64,000 bases of DNA from positions 237,152,001 to 237,216,000 of the forward strand of contig NC_086097.1 in the NCBI RefSeq assembly GCF_963921235.1, in the 5' to 3' direction. The stretch is from Mobula hypostoma (Eukaryota). Under the pieces are notes generated by a model. The model saw nothing but the letters and a program-made list of their open reading frames with translations. It made no database searches and was not told the DNA's origin. The position numbers were made by a program, and so were the translations under genes. Positions 39,531 through 53,710 of the stretch are shown here, one piece after another (the first letter of the stretch is position 1; each line of letters starts with the position of its first letter).

Positions 39531-39999
39531 CAGTACTCTGCAAAACTCTTAGGCACATATATTTGTAGCTAGGGTGCCAAAGATGTTTGCACAGTATTAT
39601 ATTTGTCAACAAGGAGCAGAGAGTGAGTTTGTAAATCTGGCAGGATTGTTAGAGATGATGAGGGTAGAGCACTGCAGGCGGGGTCATGTGATTCCAAACA
39701 ATTGGATCATTACAGAAGGCCTCTCTGGTGCTTCCTGTTCCCTCCCCTCTGACTTCCCCTTTTCCACACCATGATTCCCCTCTCCCTGTCCCCTTCCCAC
39801 TCTCAGTCCACAGCAGAGACCCATATCAGAATCAGGTGTATCGTCACTCACATATATCATGATTTTACTTTTGCAGCAGTAGCAGTACAGAGCATGTATT
39901 ATTAGACCATAATACATAAAATTACTGCAGTACTGTGCTGAAGTCTGAGGCAACCTAGCTATATATACAGTATACGCCCAAGCCTTTTGCACAATACTG
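39531..39999. mobile_element. Tc1/mariner-like composite MITE
   Basis: Ends cagtactctgcaaaa and ttttgcacaatactg-TA; each ~70-bp end is itself palindromic. Confidence 0.7.
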
Positions 40000-40104
40000 T
40001 ATGTATGATGATTAGGAAGCAATGAGAGAAACAATATCAGTTGCTTCTTTCATTATATTACACAAGTTAATCAGTTAACCTAAACTATTTACAAATGTGA
40101 TTCA

Positions 40105-40475
40105 TTTGAAAGGCCTGGATATAGTGGACGTGGAGAGGATGTGTCCTATAGTGGGTCAGTCTAGGACCAGAAGGCACAACCTCAGAATAGAAGGACGTCC
40201 CTTTCGATCAGAGATGAGGAGGAATTTCTTCAGCCAAAGGGTGGTGAATCTGTGCAATTCATTGTCACAGATGGCTGTGGAGGCCAAGTCATTTGATATA
40301 TTCAAAGCAGAAATTGACAGGTTCTTGATTGTGAAAGAATCAAAGGAGTGTGAAAGCTATGGGACAAACCAGGAGAATGAGGTTGAATGGATAATAAATC
40401 AGCCATGGTGAAATGGCGGAGTAGACTTGGTGGTCTGATTGGCCTAATTCTGCTCCCATCTCTCATGGTCTTTGA
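40105..40475 (+). mobile_element. CR1 3' fragment
   Basis: ORF 40097..40411 (RTRRHNLRIEGRPFRSEMRRNFFSQRVVNL). Confidence 0.85.
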
Positions 40476-40640
40476 ATAACATTTTATTTTTTCTTTTACT
40501 TGTCTACTTCAATTTCAATAGATTTTAAACATCTCTGATTGCCAGAGATATTAAAATTGATAAAGATCACACAAAGGCTTTACAGCAAAGCTATGACTCC
40601 AACTGTGCTGATGTTCAGGGATATTTCATGGGATGTACCT

Positions 40641-40865
40641 ACGGGGAGGAGGGAACGTCGACTCAGAGGCCTGTGTCGGGCATTTTCATGCCTTACAAGG
40701 CGCAGATTGGAAGTCTATGTGGGGCGCCACTACTCGCACAGACTAGAGCAATGTGTGATTAAGTGCCTTGCTCAGGGGCACAAACACGTTGCCACAGCTG
40801 AGGCTCGAACTAGCGACCTTGAGATAATTAGACAAACACCTTAACCACTTGGCCATGTACCTACA
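40641..40865 (-). mobile_element. tRNA-derived CORE-like SINE
   Basis: Same head and core as the copies at 12377 and 60605. Confidence 0.75.
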
Positions 40866-41154
40866 AGCTGATCCAACTGAGGTTGGATTGCCACTCTTGC
40901 CAGACTACTAGTCCTCAGGGTGCATTGTGGGCAGTGATATGGTCCTTGCTGTACAAGTACAAGCTCAAAAGTTCACAGTTCAAAGGGGGATAGGTTGAGC
41001 AAGCTGGGGCTTTTCTCTCTGGAGCAATGGCGTATGATAAGGGGATTACAACATGTTCACAGGCATAGATTAATTGGATAGCCAGAGACTTCTTCCCAGG
41101 GCAGAAATGGCTAATACAGAGGAAGTATAATTTTAAGGTGATTGGAGGAATGTA

Positions 41155-42723
41155 CAACACCCATAAGAAGTATTCACCCCTTGGAATTTTTCATGTCTTA
41201 TTGTTTTAATTTGGCTTTTATTGACACTGATCAACAGAAAAAGACTCTTTCATTTTAAAGTGAAAACAGATCTCTACAAAGGGATCAAAATTATTTATAA
41301 ACATAAAACAATTGATTGTACAAGTGTTCATCCCCTTCTAACAATATTTAGTAGATGCACATTTGGCAACAATTACAGCCATGGGTCTGTGTGCATCAGT
41401 CTCTATCAGCTTTGCACATCTGGATATCGCAAATTTTCCCCATTCTTCTTTACAAAATGGCTCAAGTTCTGTCAGACTGCATGGAGATTCTGAGTGAACT
41501 GTCCTTTTCAAGTCCAGCTACAAATTCTCAATTGGATTGAGGTCTGGACTCTGACTTTTTCTAATCCATGACACCAACTTTATTGTTTTTCAGGCATTCT
41601 TGTGTAGCTTTGGCTTTATGCTTGGGGTCATTGTCTTGCTGGAAAACAAATCTTCTCCCAAGATACAGTTCTCTTGCAGATTGCATCAGGTTTTCCACTA
41701 GGATTTCTCTGTATTTTGCTGCATTCATTTTACCTTCACAAGCCTTCCAGGGCCTGCTGCAGTGAAGCACCCGCCACCGTACTTCACAGTAGGGATGGTG
41801 CGTTTTTGATGATATGTGGTGCTTGGCTTACAACAAACAGAGTTTATTGTGATATTCAAAAAAGCTCAATTTTGCTTTCATCAGACCATAGAACCTTCTT
41901 CCAACTGACTTCGGAGTCTCCCGCATGCCTTCTGGCAAACTCTAGCTGAGATTTCATGTGAGATTTTTTTTCAAGAGTGGCTTTCTCTTTGCCACTCTCT
42001 CATAAAGGTGAAACTGATGAATCATCCGGGCAACAATTGTTGTATGTGCAAGCTCTCCCATCTCAGGCACTGAAGCTTGTAACTCCTCCAGATCTGTCAT
42101 GGGTCTCTTGGTGGCCTCCCTCACTAGTCCCCTTCTTGCACAATTACTCAGTTTTTGAGGATGGCCTGCTCTAGGCAGATTTACCGCTGTGTCATATTCT
42201 TTCCATTTCTTGATGATTGACTTAACTACTCCAAAGGATATTCAGTGACTTGAAATCTACTTGTACCCATCTCCTGACTTGTGCTTTTCAATAACCTTTT
42301 CACAGAGTTGTTTGGAGTGTTCTTTTCTTGATGGTGTAGTTTTTGCCAGGATTCTGATCACCAGCAGTTGGACCTTCCAGATAGAGTTCTATTTTTACTA
42401 CAATCAGTTGAAACACCTTGACTGCACACAGGCAATCACTATTTAACTAATTATGTGACTTCCGAAACCAAATGGCTACAACAATGATGATTTTGTGTGT
42501 CATATTAAAGGTGGTGAATACTTACGCAATCATTTATTTTGTGTTTTATATTTGTAACTAATTTAGATCACTTTGTAGAAATCTGATTTCACTTTGGAAT
42601 GAAAGAATCTTTTTCTGTTGATCAGTTTCCAAAAAAGCCAAATTAAATCCACTGTGATTAAATGTTGTAAAACATTAAAACATGAAAACTTATAAGGGAA
42701 GTGAATACTTTTTGTAGGCACTG
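41155..42723 (-). mobile_element. Near full-length Tc1-family transposon (degraded transposase)
   Basis: TA TSDs at 41153-54 and 42724-25; roughly 200-bp imperfect TIRs; [12 protein letters not shown]...FVFQQDNDPKHKAK (DD34E region); inserted into a CR1 3' end. Confidence 0.92.
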
Positions 42724-43395
42724 TATGGGGGGGAATGACAGAGGTAAGTTATTTACATAGAGAGTGGTGAGTACATAGATTGCCCTGACAAGTGTGGTGG
42801 TAGAGGCTGATACATCAGGGACATTTAAGAAACTCTGAGATAGGCACATGGATGATAGGAAAATAGAACGTAATGTAGGAGGAAAGGAGTAGATTAATCT
42901 TAATTAAAAGGTCATAGTGTCATAGAAAATTACAGCACAGAAACAGGTTCTTTGGCCAATCTACTCCATGCCAAATCATTTAAACTGCCTCTTCCCATTA
43001 ACCTGCATCTGGACCATTGCCGTCCCTACCCCTCCCAACTATATACAGTACCTATTCAAACTTCTCTTAAATGTTAAAATTGAGCTCAAAGGCACCACTT
43101 CTGCTGGAAACACATTCCACACTCTCATGACCTTCTGAAAGAAGAAGGCTCTTGTGTTCCCGTTAAACATTTCACCTTTCACTCTTGACCCATGAACTCT
43201 GGTTGTAGTCCCACCCACCCTCAATGGAAAAGGCCTGCTTGCATTTAAGCTTAGTTTATCTGATGCATCAAATTGAAGTCCATTTAGATTCATTTGTATA
43301 CTCACCTGTATCTGTATACCAGATATAGCAATTATACCATGTATACAGATACAGATGTGTACGCATCTAAATATAATTACAAATAGAGCAATATA

Positions 43396-43870
43396 GGAAG
43401 GGTGATTGATAAGTTCGTAGCCTAGGTAGAAGGAGTCAATTTTAGAAAACCTAGCACATATACTTTTTCCATATAGTCCCCTCCTACATTTACACACTTA
43501 GTCCAGCGGTCCTGGAGCATACCGATCTTGGACCTCCAGAAAGTGTCCACAGCAAGGGTGGTTGATGTTCGTGGCCTAAGGTAGAGGGAGATGAGTTATA
43601 CAGCTCTCGTTACATGCAGGTGTAGTTCAACTCTTTAAGTGATTATGCAAAAAGTTTGAAGTTAATAACTGATCTCCTTCTACATTAGGCCACAAACTTA
43701 TCAATCACCCCTGCTGTGGACACTTTCTGGAGGTCCAAGATCTGTATGATCCACGACTGCTGGACTAAGTGTGTAAATGTAGGAGGGGACTATGTTGAAA
43801 AATAAGTGTGCTAGGCTTTCTGAAATTGACTCCTTGTACCTTAGGCCACGAATTTATCAATCACCCCTAG
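43396..43870. mobile_element. Mariner-like palindromic MITE
   Basis: TA-ggaagggtgattgataagttcg ... cgaatttatcaatcacccctag-TA; about 200-bp inverted arms. Confidence 0.85.
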
Positions 43871-44099
43871 TACTATAGAAATAATGCAGCATTTAGGGAT
43901 TTAAATAAGTTTGCATGTTCATAAATAAAGCACCTGCATTCAATACAAAGTAACCATCTCTAAGTGAATAATTATAAACCTTTTGCTGCTTAAACAATGG
44001 AAACTTCTGATAAGTTTCAGATGAAAAGAAGTCAAAGTAAAATTACATCATTAAGCATCTTAGCCACCCTTTATTTTATTAATTTTAATTTTTCTTTTA

Positions 44100-44315
44100 T
44101 TGAGATACAGTGCAGAATAGGCCCTTCCAACCCTTCTTGCTGCGTCACCCAGCAACCCCAAATTTAACCCTAGCTTATCATTTACCTATCAACCAATACA
44201 TCTTTGGACGTTGGGAGGAAATGCACATGGTCACAGGGAGAACGTACAAACTCCTTACAGGCAGTGACAGGACTTGTAAAGTGTTGTGCTAACCACTGCA
44301 CCACTGTGCCGCCCC
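44100..44315 (-). mobile_element. HE1-like tRNA-derived V-SINE
   Basis: Minus head gggcggcacagtggtgcagtggttagcac; CR1-like tail gggcctattctgcactgtatctcaa. Confidence 0.7.
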
Positions 44316-44879
44316 AAATTTCTGATTGCTAATTCAGTCTTGACTCTGTAAACTATGGCTGGAACAAAGCACTACTTACTGGGGTGACAACCACTCTTCT
44401 TTCTAAGTTACACCTTAACTATAATGCTTCTGCGCATATAGCCTTTGTTACTGCCCAGCTGGAATTGGACACAGCTAGAAAAGGCTTATGAAATGTGTAA
44501 CATTTTCCTTGTTGTACTGTATTTCATTATAACCCTTCAATTAATAAATTTTAAATGTACATGATTTTTCAGTTCTCATTCTAAATATTCATACAATACA
44601 CATTACAAAAAAAAACATTTAAAGAGATGCGCAGTTTTCAGGCCATGTAAAAATTTTCTGTGCTGAAAGCAATGGTCGGTCCTCACAGCTGTAAAAGAAA
44701 AGCAGAGGGAACGTTGAACCATCATCCATAAGAGGGGCCTTGGTGAGAGAAATAGGATGGAAGGAGGAATGAGTGAAAGAAAAACTAACTCCAGTGTGGA
44801 CTTTGGTCCATAAAGGATGCTGCTATACTATTAATACATTGTAAGCTAGTGTAGATACCTGCACAGATATTCCTTTATT

Positions 44880-45110
44880 TATTGAGATAGAATAAGCCCT
44901 TTCAACGGCACCACCCAGTAATCCCCATTTAACCCTAGACTAATCACAGGACAATTTACAATGACCAATCAACCTACCAACTGGTATGCCTTTGGACTTT
45001 TAGGAGGAAACCGGAACACCCAGAGAAAATCCACACGGGCTAGAACGTACAAACTCCTTACAGACAGTGGCGGGAAATGAACCTAAGTCACTGGTACTAT
45101 AAAGCATAGA
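44880..45110 (-). mobile_element. HE1-like V-SINE
   Basis: V-domain-like gtggattttctctgggtgttccggtttcctcc on the minus strand. Confidence 0.7.
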
Positions 45111-45420
45111 ACTTGCAGACTCATTCGATAAGGAAAGATGGATGTTTCACACTGGGTCTAACATTTTGGACAGGAAATATGAACACACATCCCGAACACC
45201 AGCTTGCAAAGAAAACACTGCATTTTCAATTTAAATGTATTAATTTTGAATCAACAACACCTCTCCTACTTCACTCAATGGGTATAATGACCTGTCACAG
45301 AAACAACATGGCTTTTACTTCAACTAAAATTTACCTTCAACTAAAAGGTACTTGTGCGTAAGAGGGAGAGAAAGGTCAGGAGACAACAATGCATTAAAAT
45401 CAATCTGATTAATTGCTTCA

Positions 45421-45525
<105 letters not shown>

Positions 45526-46984
45526 TTAAAAAAACCTCTTATTTTAATAAATAAACTTGCTGTGACACTGCCTTGCAAGCAGAGACAAGTATACTTTAAG
45601 AACAAATAAATGGAGGGATAACCAGGACAGAGTCAGGACAATGAAGGGCTCTATTGTTATCAGAAAGCATCGTCGTGAATAAAATTAACACACTGCACTG
45701 GAATTTAACATTGGTGTATTTTTATTTAATGAAAATGGCTGATAAATCAATGACTTGCAATGTCAAAGACGGCAAAGATAGCGGAAAATCTGCAAGTTTG
45801 GTGAAAGGGTTAACCAGAGTGGAGTGTGAGCAGGGAAGGTGATGGTGTTGGTGAGATGGAGATTCTGGATTAGGATGCTAAATTCCGGGCGACCAGAAAT
45901 CACTGGTGATAAGGGCCATGAGACTAGTGGCTCAAGTAGCCTGAAATCATCAAGCGGTTGTCAGGGAAGAGAGATTTCCGTCATTCATCGGAATCAGCTG
46001 CATTCAACTCCAAGGAAGCTGGCTGGGACATTTAAATCAAGAAGTTGGATTTTCTGTGTGGTAATTCAAGTTCACTGGCCGCAATCTTTAGATGGGGTGA
46101 ATGCAGGAGGGTATGGGGGTCAAAGAGAAATTGGGTAAGTGAAGGGAACCTGCACATTGGGTTCTCATCATTATTCCTGGACTAAATAATTTCTACATGA
46201 CTGGCCTCAGGATGATGTGACTGCTGCACAATATTAGATTCAGGTTCATATTCATACTTAATTATTACACATACACCGAAACATACAGTGAAATTGTGCC
46301 ATTAGTGTTAACAAACAAAACACCTAAGGATGTGTTGGGGGCAGCCTGCAAGTGCCTAGATGCAAGTCCAGAGGTTTCCAAATGCTAACTGTTGGATCCT
46401 GGAATTAAAGCCACTGTAATCCATATGATAATTCCTTACTTTTCATTAGCATTTTAATTTCTATGAAATTTTGATCAAACAATATAGGACGATGTGGAGC
46501 TCCTTGATTCAGTCATTAGGTAGGTGAAAATTATTTGGCTTTGCACGATGGAGGAAACGTAAATGTCGAAACTAGAAACTTGAGCACAGGCAATAAAATT
46601 GCCATTCTTTGACAGACATTTGCCTGCGTTCATATTTCTAGTCTCGACTAGAAAAATAATGAAATAGTCGCTCTTCATATTTTTATGGACTATCAAGTGA
46701 ACTCTGAAAGCTCTATCCCAGGGGAGCAATTTTCCTATCCAGCTTGTACTTCCTAAAGATGGGACAGATGTGAGGAGTTTAAACAGGCCACCGGGTGAGT
46801 AATGGTTCATTCAATGTCATTCATGATCTGTCTTCCACTCTCTCATGAGAGCTGCTGTAGAACAAATCCTTTCTATATTTCACACTCCAGCCACTTTCCT
46901 CTATATCTTGTTTTCAACCTCAGCACTCCCACTTTCAGTGTAGCCAAAGCAAGTCCAGCTCGGCTTCCTGCCAGTCCAAATGGC

Positions 46985-47295
46985 ATAAAACTTCTCCTTT
47001 CCTATCAGATTCCTTCTTCTCCAGCACTTTGCCTTTTCCACCTATTATCTCCCAGCTTCTTACTTCACCCTCACCACCCAATCTGGCTTCGCCTTTTAGC
47101 TTGTCCTCCTCCCTCTCCCCTCCACCTTCTCATTCTGACTTTATCCCCCACCTTCCTGTCCAGTCCTGATGAAGGGGATCAGCCTGAAATGTCAACTGTT
47201 TATTCGTTTCCATAGATACTGCGTGATCTGAAGAGCTCCTCCGGCATTTTGTGTTTTGCTCTGGATTTCCAGCATCTGCAGAATCTCTTGTGTTT
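46985..47295 (+). mobile_element. PLE 3' UTR fragment with hammerhead-like motif
   Basis: cagtcctgatgaaggggatcagcctgaaatgtcaactg at about 47161-47198. Confidence 0.7.
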
Positions 47296-47661
47296 ATAAC
47301 TAGAGACATATGAACTTCCAGTGGTGAACATTCAGGTGCTAGAATATTCCTAAACCCCAGGGATGATTGTTTAAACAAAGTCATTATGTTGGTGATTGTG
47401 AGGTTGCAAGGTTTAATGTGGTGTCTTTCTTTCATAAACCTCAAACACTTTGACGATAAAATGCAGGTGTCTGCCATTGTTAACAGAGATCCTGTCAGTT
47501 GACTTATGTTGCTCCAGGTTCCAGTGCTCCAGGTTCTTCACAGATAGTAAACCTAGCTAAGAAGGATAAAATACTAAAATGTATAGTCACATTTTCTGTC
47601 CATCCCAAGCACCAACACCAAGTCTAGAAAAGGTCAATATGATCTGGAGTGGGGTTTAAAG

Positions 47662-47741
47662 GAGGGGTTCCCAATCGTTTTTATGCCATGGATCAATACC
47701 ATGAGGCATGGGGTTTTGTAGATCCCAGGTTGGGACCCCTG
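47662..47741. mobile_element. Mini hAT-like MITE
   Basis: (c)aggggttcccaa...ttgggacccctg TIRs; flanks gtttaaag/gttttgag. Confidence 0.65.
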
Positions 47742-48634
47742 GTTTTGAGGACAAGTCAGACTAGAACAAAACAACATGTCAGAAAACACTGCTGAGGAAG
47801 ACAGGTGATGAATTTGAAGGCCAGGTCTGAAAAAGGGCACAATGAGTTAAATAATATATTGGGAAGTTGACATTCAACCTCAGAATGTTTTGAAGTGACC
47901 ACTTTCAAATTGTGTGTCTTCCTAAGAGTTGAATGGTCACATCCTGGGGATCACCACTGAACAGAAAATTAACTGGACTGCCCTCATAAATCAACAGCTT
48001 CAGGAAATGGTACCTTTCAGTGAATGACTGAAGTCCTGACTTCCCAAAGGTAGTATCAACAAGACCAGAAGCCAGGACTTAAGGCTCCATTTGGATGGAT
48101 GACTATAGTTCTAGCCATGCTCAAGGATCCTAAATTGATGCACGACAAAGTAACTCACCTACAATTTTTAACATTCAGTGCACTCGATATGACTACAGTT
48201 TATACAGCTTCGGATTCCGCTGTGGCAATTTGTCAAGATTTTTTCAATAGCCTTCTGAAAATTGTGATCTCAACCTCGAGGTAAATTGGCCTCAGGTGCA
48301 TTGAAATGACATCATCTTCAATCTACTTGCAGTTACGCACTACCCTGGCTTGAAACAATATGAATATTTTTTCACCAATATTCTGTAAATCCTTAGTGGT
48401 GTGATTATCTCCATGGTGAAGGATGCAGCTGATCTGTACTGAAGAGATAGCCCACAGCTCACTCAGTATGCTATCCCTTCTTCGCCTTCTCAAGTGACAT
48501 CTACCACTTTGCTAACAAGTCACCCATGTTAGGATGTCTGAGCAGCAGCTGAGATATGCAGTCTCCTGGAGGGCCCTGCCATTAACAAATTTGGCCTCTC
48601 AATACTGAAACAGGATTTTCACAAACTGTTAAGA

Positions 48635-49250
48635 TTCTCTCAAGGTTAACTTGCAGGGTGGGTCGGTTATAATGAAGACAAATGTAATGTCAGCATTCAT
48701 TTTGAGAGAATTACACTAGAAAAGCAAGAAAGTAATGCTGAGGTTTTATAATGCATTGGTCAGACCACACTTCCAGTATTTGAGCAATTTGGGGCCCCTT
48801 ATCTAAGAAAAGATATGCTGGCATTGGAGAGGGTCCAGAAGAAGTTCATGATTATTAGTCCGGTAACGAAAGGGTTAACGTATGAGGTGCCTTTGATGGC
48901 CCTGGGCCTATATTCACTGGAGTATAGAAAAATGAAGAAGGATCTCAATAAAACCTATCAGATATTGAAAGGCCTACACAGGATGCTTCAAAAAGTGGGG
49001 AAATCTAGGACTAGAGGATATAGCCTCAAAATAGAAGGAGACCCCTTTAGAAGAGAGATGACGAGGAATTTCTTTAGCTAGAGGGTGGTAAATCTTTGGA
49101 ATTTATTACCACAGATGGCTGCAGAGGCCAAGTCATTGGGTATATTTAAGCAGAGGTTGATAGGTTCTTGATTAATCAGGACATCAAAGGTTATGGGGAG
49201 AAGGTGAGAACATGGGGTTGAGAAGAATACTAAATCGGCCATGATGGAAT
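48635..49250 (+). mobile_element. CR1 3' fragment
   Basis: ORF 48815..49081 (ALERVQKKF...ALGLYSLEYR). Confidence 0.8.
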
Positions 49251-49652
49251 TTTGAAAATCGTTGAACAAGTACCTCAACAGGATCAAAAAACAGACCTGT
49301 GATGCTTTCAGGAGGTGGTTCCTCTCACCATTTAAGAATACTCATGGATGGCCAATAAACATTGGCACTTTGAGTGACATCCATGTCTCATGAGAAAACA
49401 GAATCCCTATTGACATGACAGGATCCGCCCAGTTATCAACAAGACATTCACAAAAATATCAAAATCAGGGCAATTAATACAATGCTGAATAAAATTTAAG
49501 CAGGGATATGACAGCAATTCTTTTCTAACGTTATTCTATACCTCTTTAAGTCTTTACAATATGACGAACATTATACATTATCTACATTCTCCCTGAATTG
49601 AATGACCTATGCCAACTCTCTGAAGCTTTGTAAAGCAAGTAATAATATATCA

Positions 49653-49826
<174 letters not shown>

Positions 49827-50104
49827 TTAACATGACACGTTCTGTTTAAAGAGCCATGAATATTGACAACTGATACTTTGTGAAGCAAGTACTGAGACAC
49901 CTTTTCTTTAACCTGGTGAAACAGATTTATTTGTTTGTTTTCACTGCTGGTCTTAAACAAGAATAGAGAGCAGAATGATAAACACCTTGATATTTCTTTG
50001 CTTAAAACAGATTTGTCATGGATTAAAGCAGTATTGCCTCTCTAGAACATGGGTCAAATGATTATGGAGAGGGAGTGGCCAGGTTGGGTGAGGAGTGATC
50101 GATG

Positions 50105-50935
50105 ACTCTGAGCCTTTACTCACTGGAAATTAGATGAATGAGGGGGAGATCTCAATGAAACCTATTGATAGTTGAAGCCTAAATAGAGTGGATGTGGAGA
50201 GGATGTTTCTCACAGTGGGGAAGTCTAGCACCAGAAGGCACAATCTCAGAACAGAGGGACGTCAATTTATAATGGATATGAGGAGAAATTTCTTTAGCCA
50301 GAGAGTGGTGATTCTGTGGAATTCATTCCACAGGTGGCTGTAGAGGCCAGGTCATTGGGTGTATTTAAGGCAGAGGTAGATATTTCCTTGAAAAGTTGGG
50401 GCGTGAAAGGTTACAGGGAGAAGGGAGAAGAAAGGGATTGAGAGAGGAATGGATCAGCCATGATGAAATTGCAGCTCAGACTTGATGGGACAAATGGCCT
50501 AATTCTGCTCTGATGTCTTATGGTCTGATTGTAGTAGTGCACCAGCAGAGGGGATCACAAGTGTGGCAATGGTCTTACTGGTTTTACAGAATAAGGTAAA
50601 ACAGTACTGAAAATATTGACTGAACGAGGGGTCACAGTTTGAGGATAGAGGGGAAGCCTTTTAGGACCGAGATTAGGAAAAACTTCTTCACACAGAGAGT
50701 GGTGAATCTGTGGAATTCTCTGCCACAGCAAACGGTTGAGGCCAGTTCATTGGCTATGTTTAAGAGGGAGTTAGATATGGCCCTTGTGGCTACAGGGGTC
50801 AGGGGGTATGGAGGGAAGGCTGGGGCGGGGTTCTGAGTTGGATGATCAGCCATGATCATAATAAATGGCGGTGCAGGCTCGAAGGGCCGAATGGCCTACT
50901 CCTGCACCTATTTTCTATGTTTCTATGTTTCTATG
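50105..50935 (+). mobile_element. Two CR1 3' fragments (about 50105-50528 and a younger one at about 50627-50935)
   Basis: FFTQRVVNLWNSLP and an intact (ttctatgt)n tail in the second copy. Confidence 0.85.
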
Positions 50936-51291
50936 AAATATAGGAAAGAAAAAGCATTATATGGTTTATTCTTGTAGATAATTCTTGTTTAAAATAAAGT
51001 TCATTTTGATTTTTAAAAAAAGTCTTCATGCAACGTTACTAAAACTTGATTTTAACGCAGAACATCTGAGTGAAATTAAAAAGTGTGGATGGGATTGAAA
51101 AGTATCCGGGTTGGTGGATGGAGTACATGAAGTTCTTGTCCAATTCCAGTTCAATCTCAATTTTTGGTTACAAGGAAACTTGTGATCAAAGATGACACTG
51201 GACTATATGAAGGCATGTTTTAAGTTCTGAAGTCATGAACTGCTGTCATTGGCACCACGATCTATCTTTGTCTCCTTTTTTTTACTTATTT

Positions 51292-51548
51292 ATTGAGATA
51301 CAGCTCGGAGCAGGCCCTACCAACCCTTGGAGCCTGGCCACCCAGCAACCCTGCCCCCGCCCCCCAATTTAACCCTTGCCTAGTCACCGGACGATTAACC
51401 TACCAACCACTACGTCTTTGGACTGTGGGAGGAAACCGAAGCACCTGTGGGAAAACGTACACGCCTCTTACAGGCAGTGGCGGGAATTGAAACTGGTCAC
51501 CTGTACTGTAAAGCATTGTGCTAACTACTACTCTACTGTGCTGTCCCA
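51292..51548 (-). mobile_element. HE1-like V-SINE
   Basis: Same architecture as the copies at 44100 and 44880. Confidence 0.7.
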
Positions 51549-51872
51549 TGTTATACATAAGCCAGAATGCCGAGGAATTATAATACCCTACCCCAGGCCT
51601 CACATGCAACTTCCGGTGGGCACTTCTCCTTGATCTCTCTCCGCTATTCCGCCTCAGTCCAAATTAAAATAGATCCCAAAATTAAAAGTTTCCCGGGGGA
51701 AGAAAGCAGATATTGTCAGAAAGAGAAGAAATTGAGATAAAACCTCAACCCTTGCAGGTCAAATCACCAAACCATAGCTCAGGAGCAGACAATACATTGG
51801 ATATAATAAAAGGATCAGAACCTTATTGAGCACAAAAAATACCATACAGGTAAAACAAAGATGAGACTATCA

Positions 51873-52055
<183 letters not shown>

Positions 52056-52829
52056 TTAGTTTAGTAGTTCCTTGCTTTGCTCAACCTATTCTTAGTTCAC
52101 AATTTGACGTACATTCCACTCTCTTTCTCTGATTTTGTCAATAGTGTTCTCCATTAAGGAAGTTGATCTCAACAGCAATTGGAAAATATTCTGGGGGTCT
52201 CATGCAGGATCCTTTGGAGGCTGTAAATATTGTAATAATTGGAGATTTCTTGACACTCATGGTTCAGTTTCGAGACCCTTCAGTTATCATCACTGATAAT
52301 GAAATAATTGATCACTTGTAAGATGAGGAGCTCAGAGATGTACAGCAGACAGACAGGCCTTCAGTCCATCTGGACCATGCTGACCAAGATACCCATTCAA
52401 TCTCCTCCGTATTGCCAGCGTTCTAAAACTTCCCAGTTTATGCCTTTTCTGACTGACTGACTGTCTTTTCAAAGGCCAGCAACCTTCATTTCACCAATCA
52501 GTAATGTTATTATTAAACACACCTACTTATCTTGATAAATGGGTATTTTTTACACAGCTCAGTTGAGATGTTGTTGCCTTATGATGAAGGGTCAGATTAT
52601 TCCTCTTTGCATTCCATCCTGGAAAGGACTAGTAACTGCCAACAAGATCCTCGCACTTTTGCCAAATGAAGTCAGCTTTATATCATCTGTGTTGATTGAG
52701 ATTCTACATCAATTTTTAAATAATAGAAAGCTGTGAATTACACCTTGCAGCAAATGGATTGAGTTTAAAACTTAATTCGTAGAGATATTTATGATTATAA
52801 GAAAGCAGAACTGAAGATCATAACACCTA

Positions 52830-53250
52830 GAAGCAGAATTAGGCCATTGAGTCTGCTCCACCATTCCACCATGGCTGTTTATTTATCCCTCTCAACTCTA
52901 TTCGTCTGTCTTCTCTCCATAACCTTTATTGCCCTTACTAATCATGAAACTCCAGCGAGTACATACTTAGAGCCGTCAAATGCTCCTCATACATGAACTC
53001 TTTCATTCCCAAGATCATTCCTGTGAATTTCCTCTGGAGTCCCTCCAATGCCCAATGACACCTCATCCTTCCTTGGATAAGGGGGCCAAAGCTGCTCACA
53101 ATACTCCAAGTGCGGTCTGACCAATGCCTTATCAAGTCTCAGCATTACACTCTTGCATTTATATTCTGGTCCTCTCGAAATGAATGCTAACATTGCATTT
53201 GCCTTTCTTACCACTGACTTAACCTGCAAGTTAACCGTTCGGTGTTCCTG
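52830..53250 (-). mobile_element. CR1 fragment
   Basis: ORF 52987..53229 (LVRPHLEYCEQLWPP). Confidence 0.8.
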
Positions 53251-53481
53251 AACTTGAAGTAAACCAAAGCTTGTACTTTCTCATCTCAACAGCTGCAGAA
53301 CTGACCTTGCACTACAGTGTAAAACAGACAATAAACCAACTGTAAATAAACCGACTGACAATAAATCAACAGTTGCACAATCACAGCACATGGGTTATGT
53401 GCTCCAGTAACTGCTATACTGGCTTCTGCTGGTAAGTGGGGATGAACCACCACATACTGTGAAAAATACATGAGTTTGTTT

Positions 53482-53710
53482 AAAACACACAAAATGCTGG
53501 AGGAACTCAGCAGGCCAGGCGGCATCTATGGAAAAGGGTCGAGTCAATGTTTTAGGCTGTAACCCTGGACTGCCGAAATCAGGACTACCAATGGGTTTTG
53601 ACCCAAAATGTCAACTGTACCCTCTTCCATAGATGCTGCCTGGTCTGGTTCCTCCAGCATTTTGTGTGTGTTGCACAGATTTCCAGCATCTGCAGATTTT
53701 CTCATGTTTG
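53482..53710. mobile_element. Degenerate PLE-derived palindrome
   Basis: acacacaaaatgctggaggaac...ttcctccagcattttgtgtgt arms with eroded cores. Confidence 0.7.
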
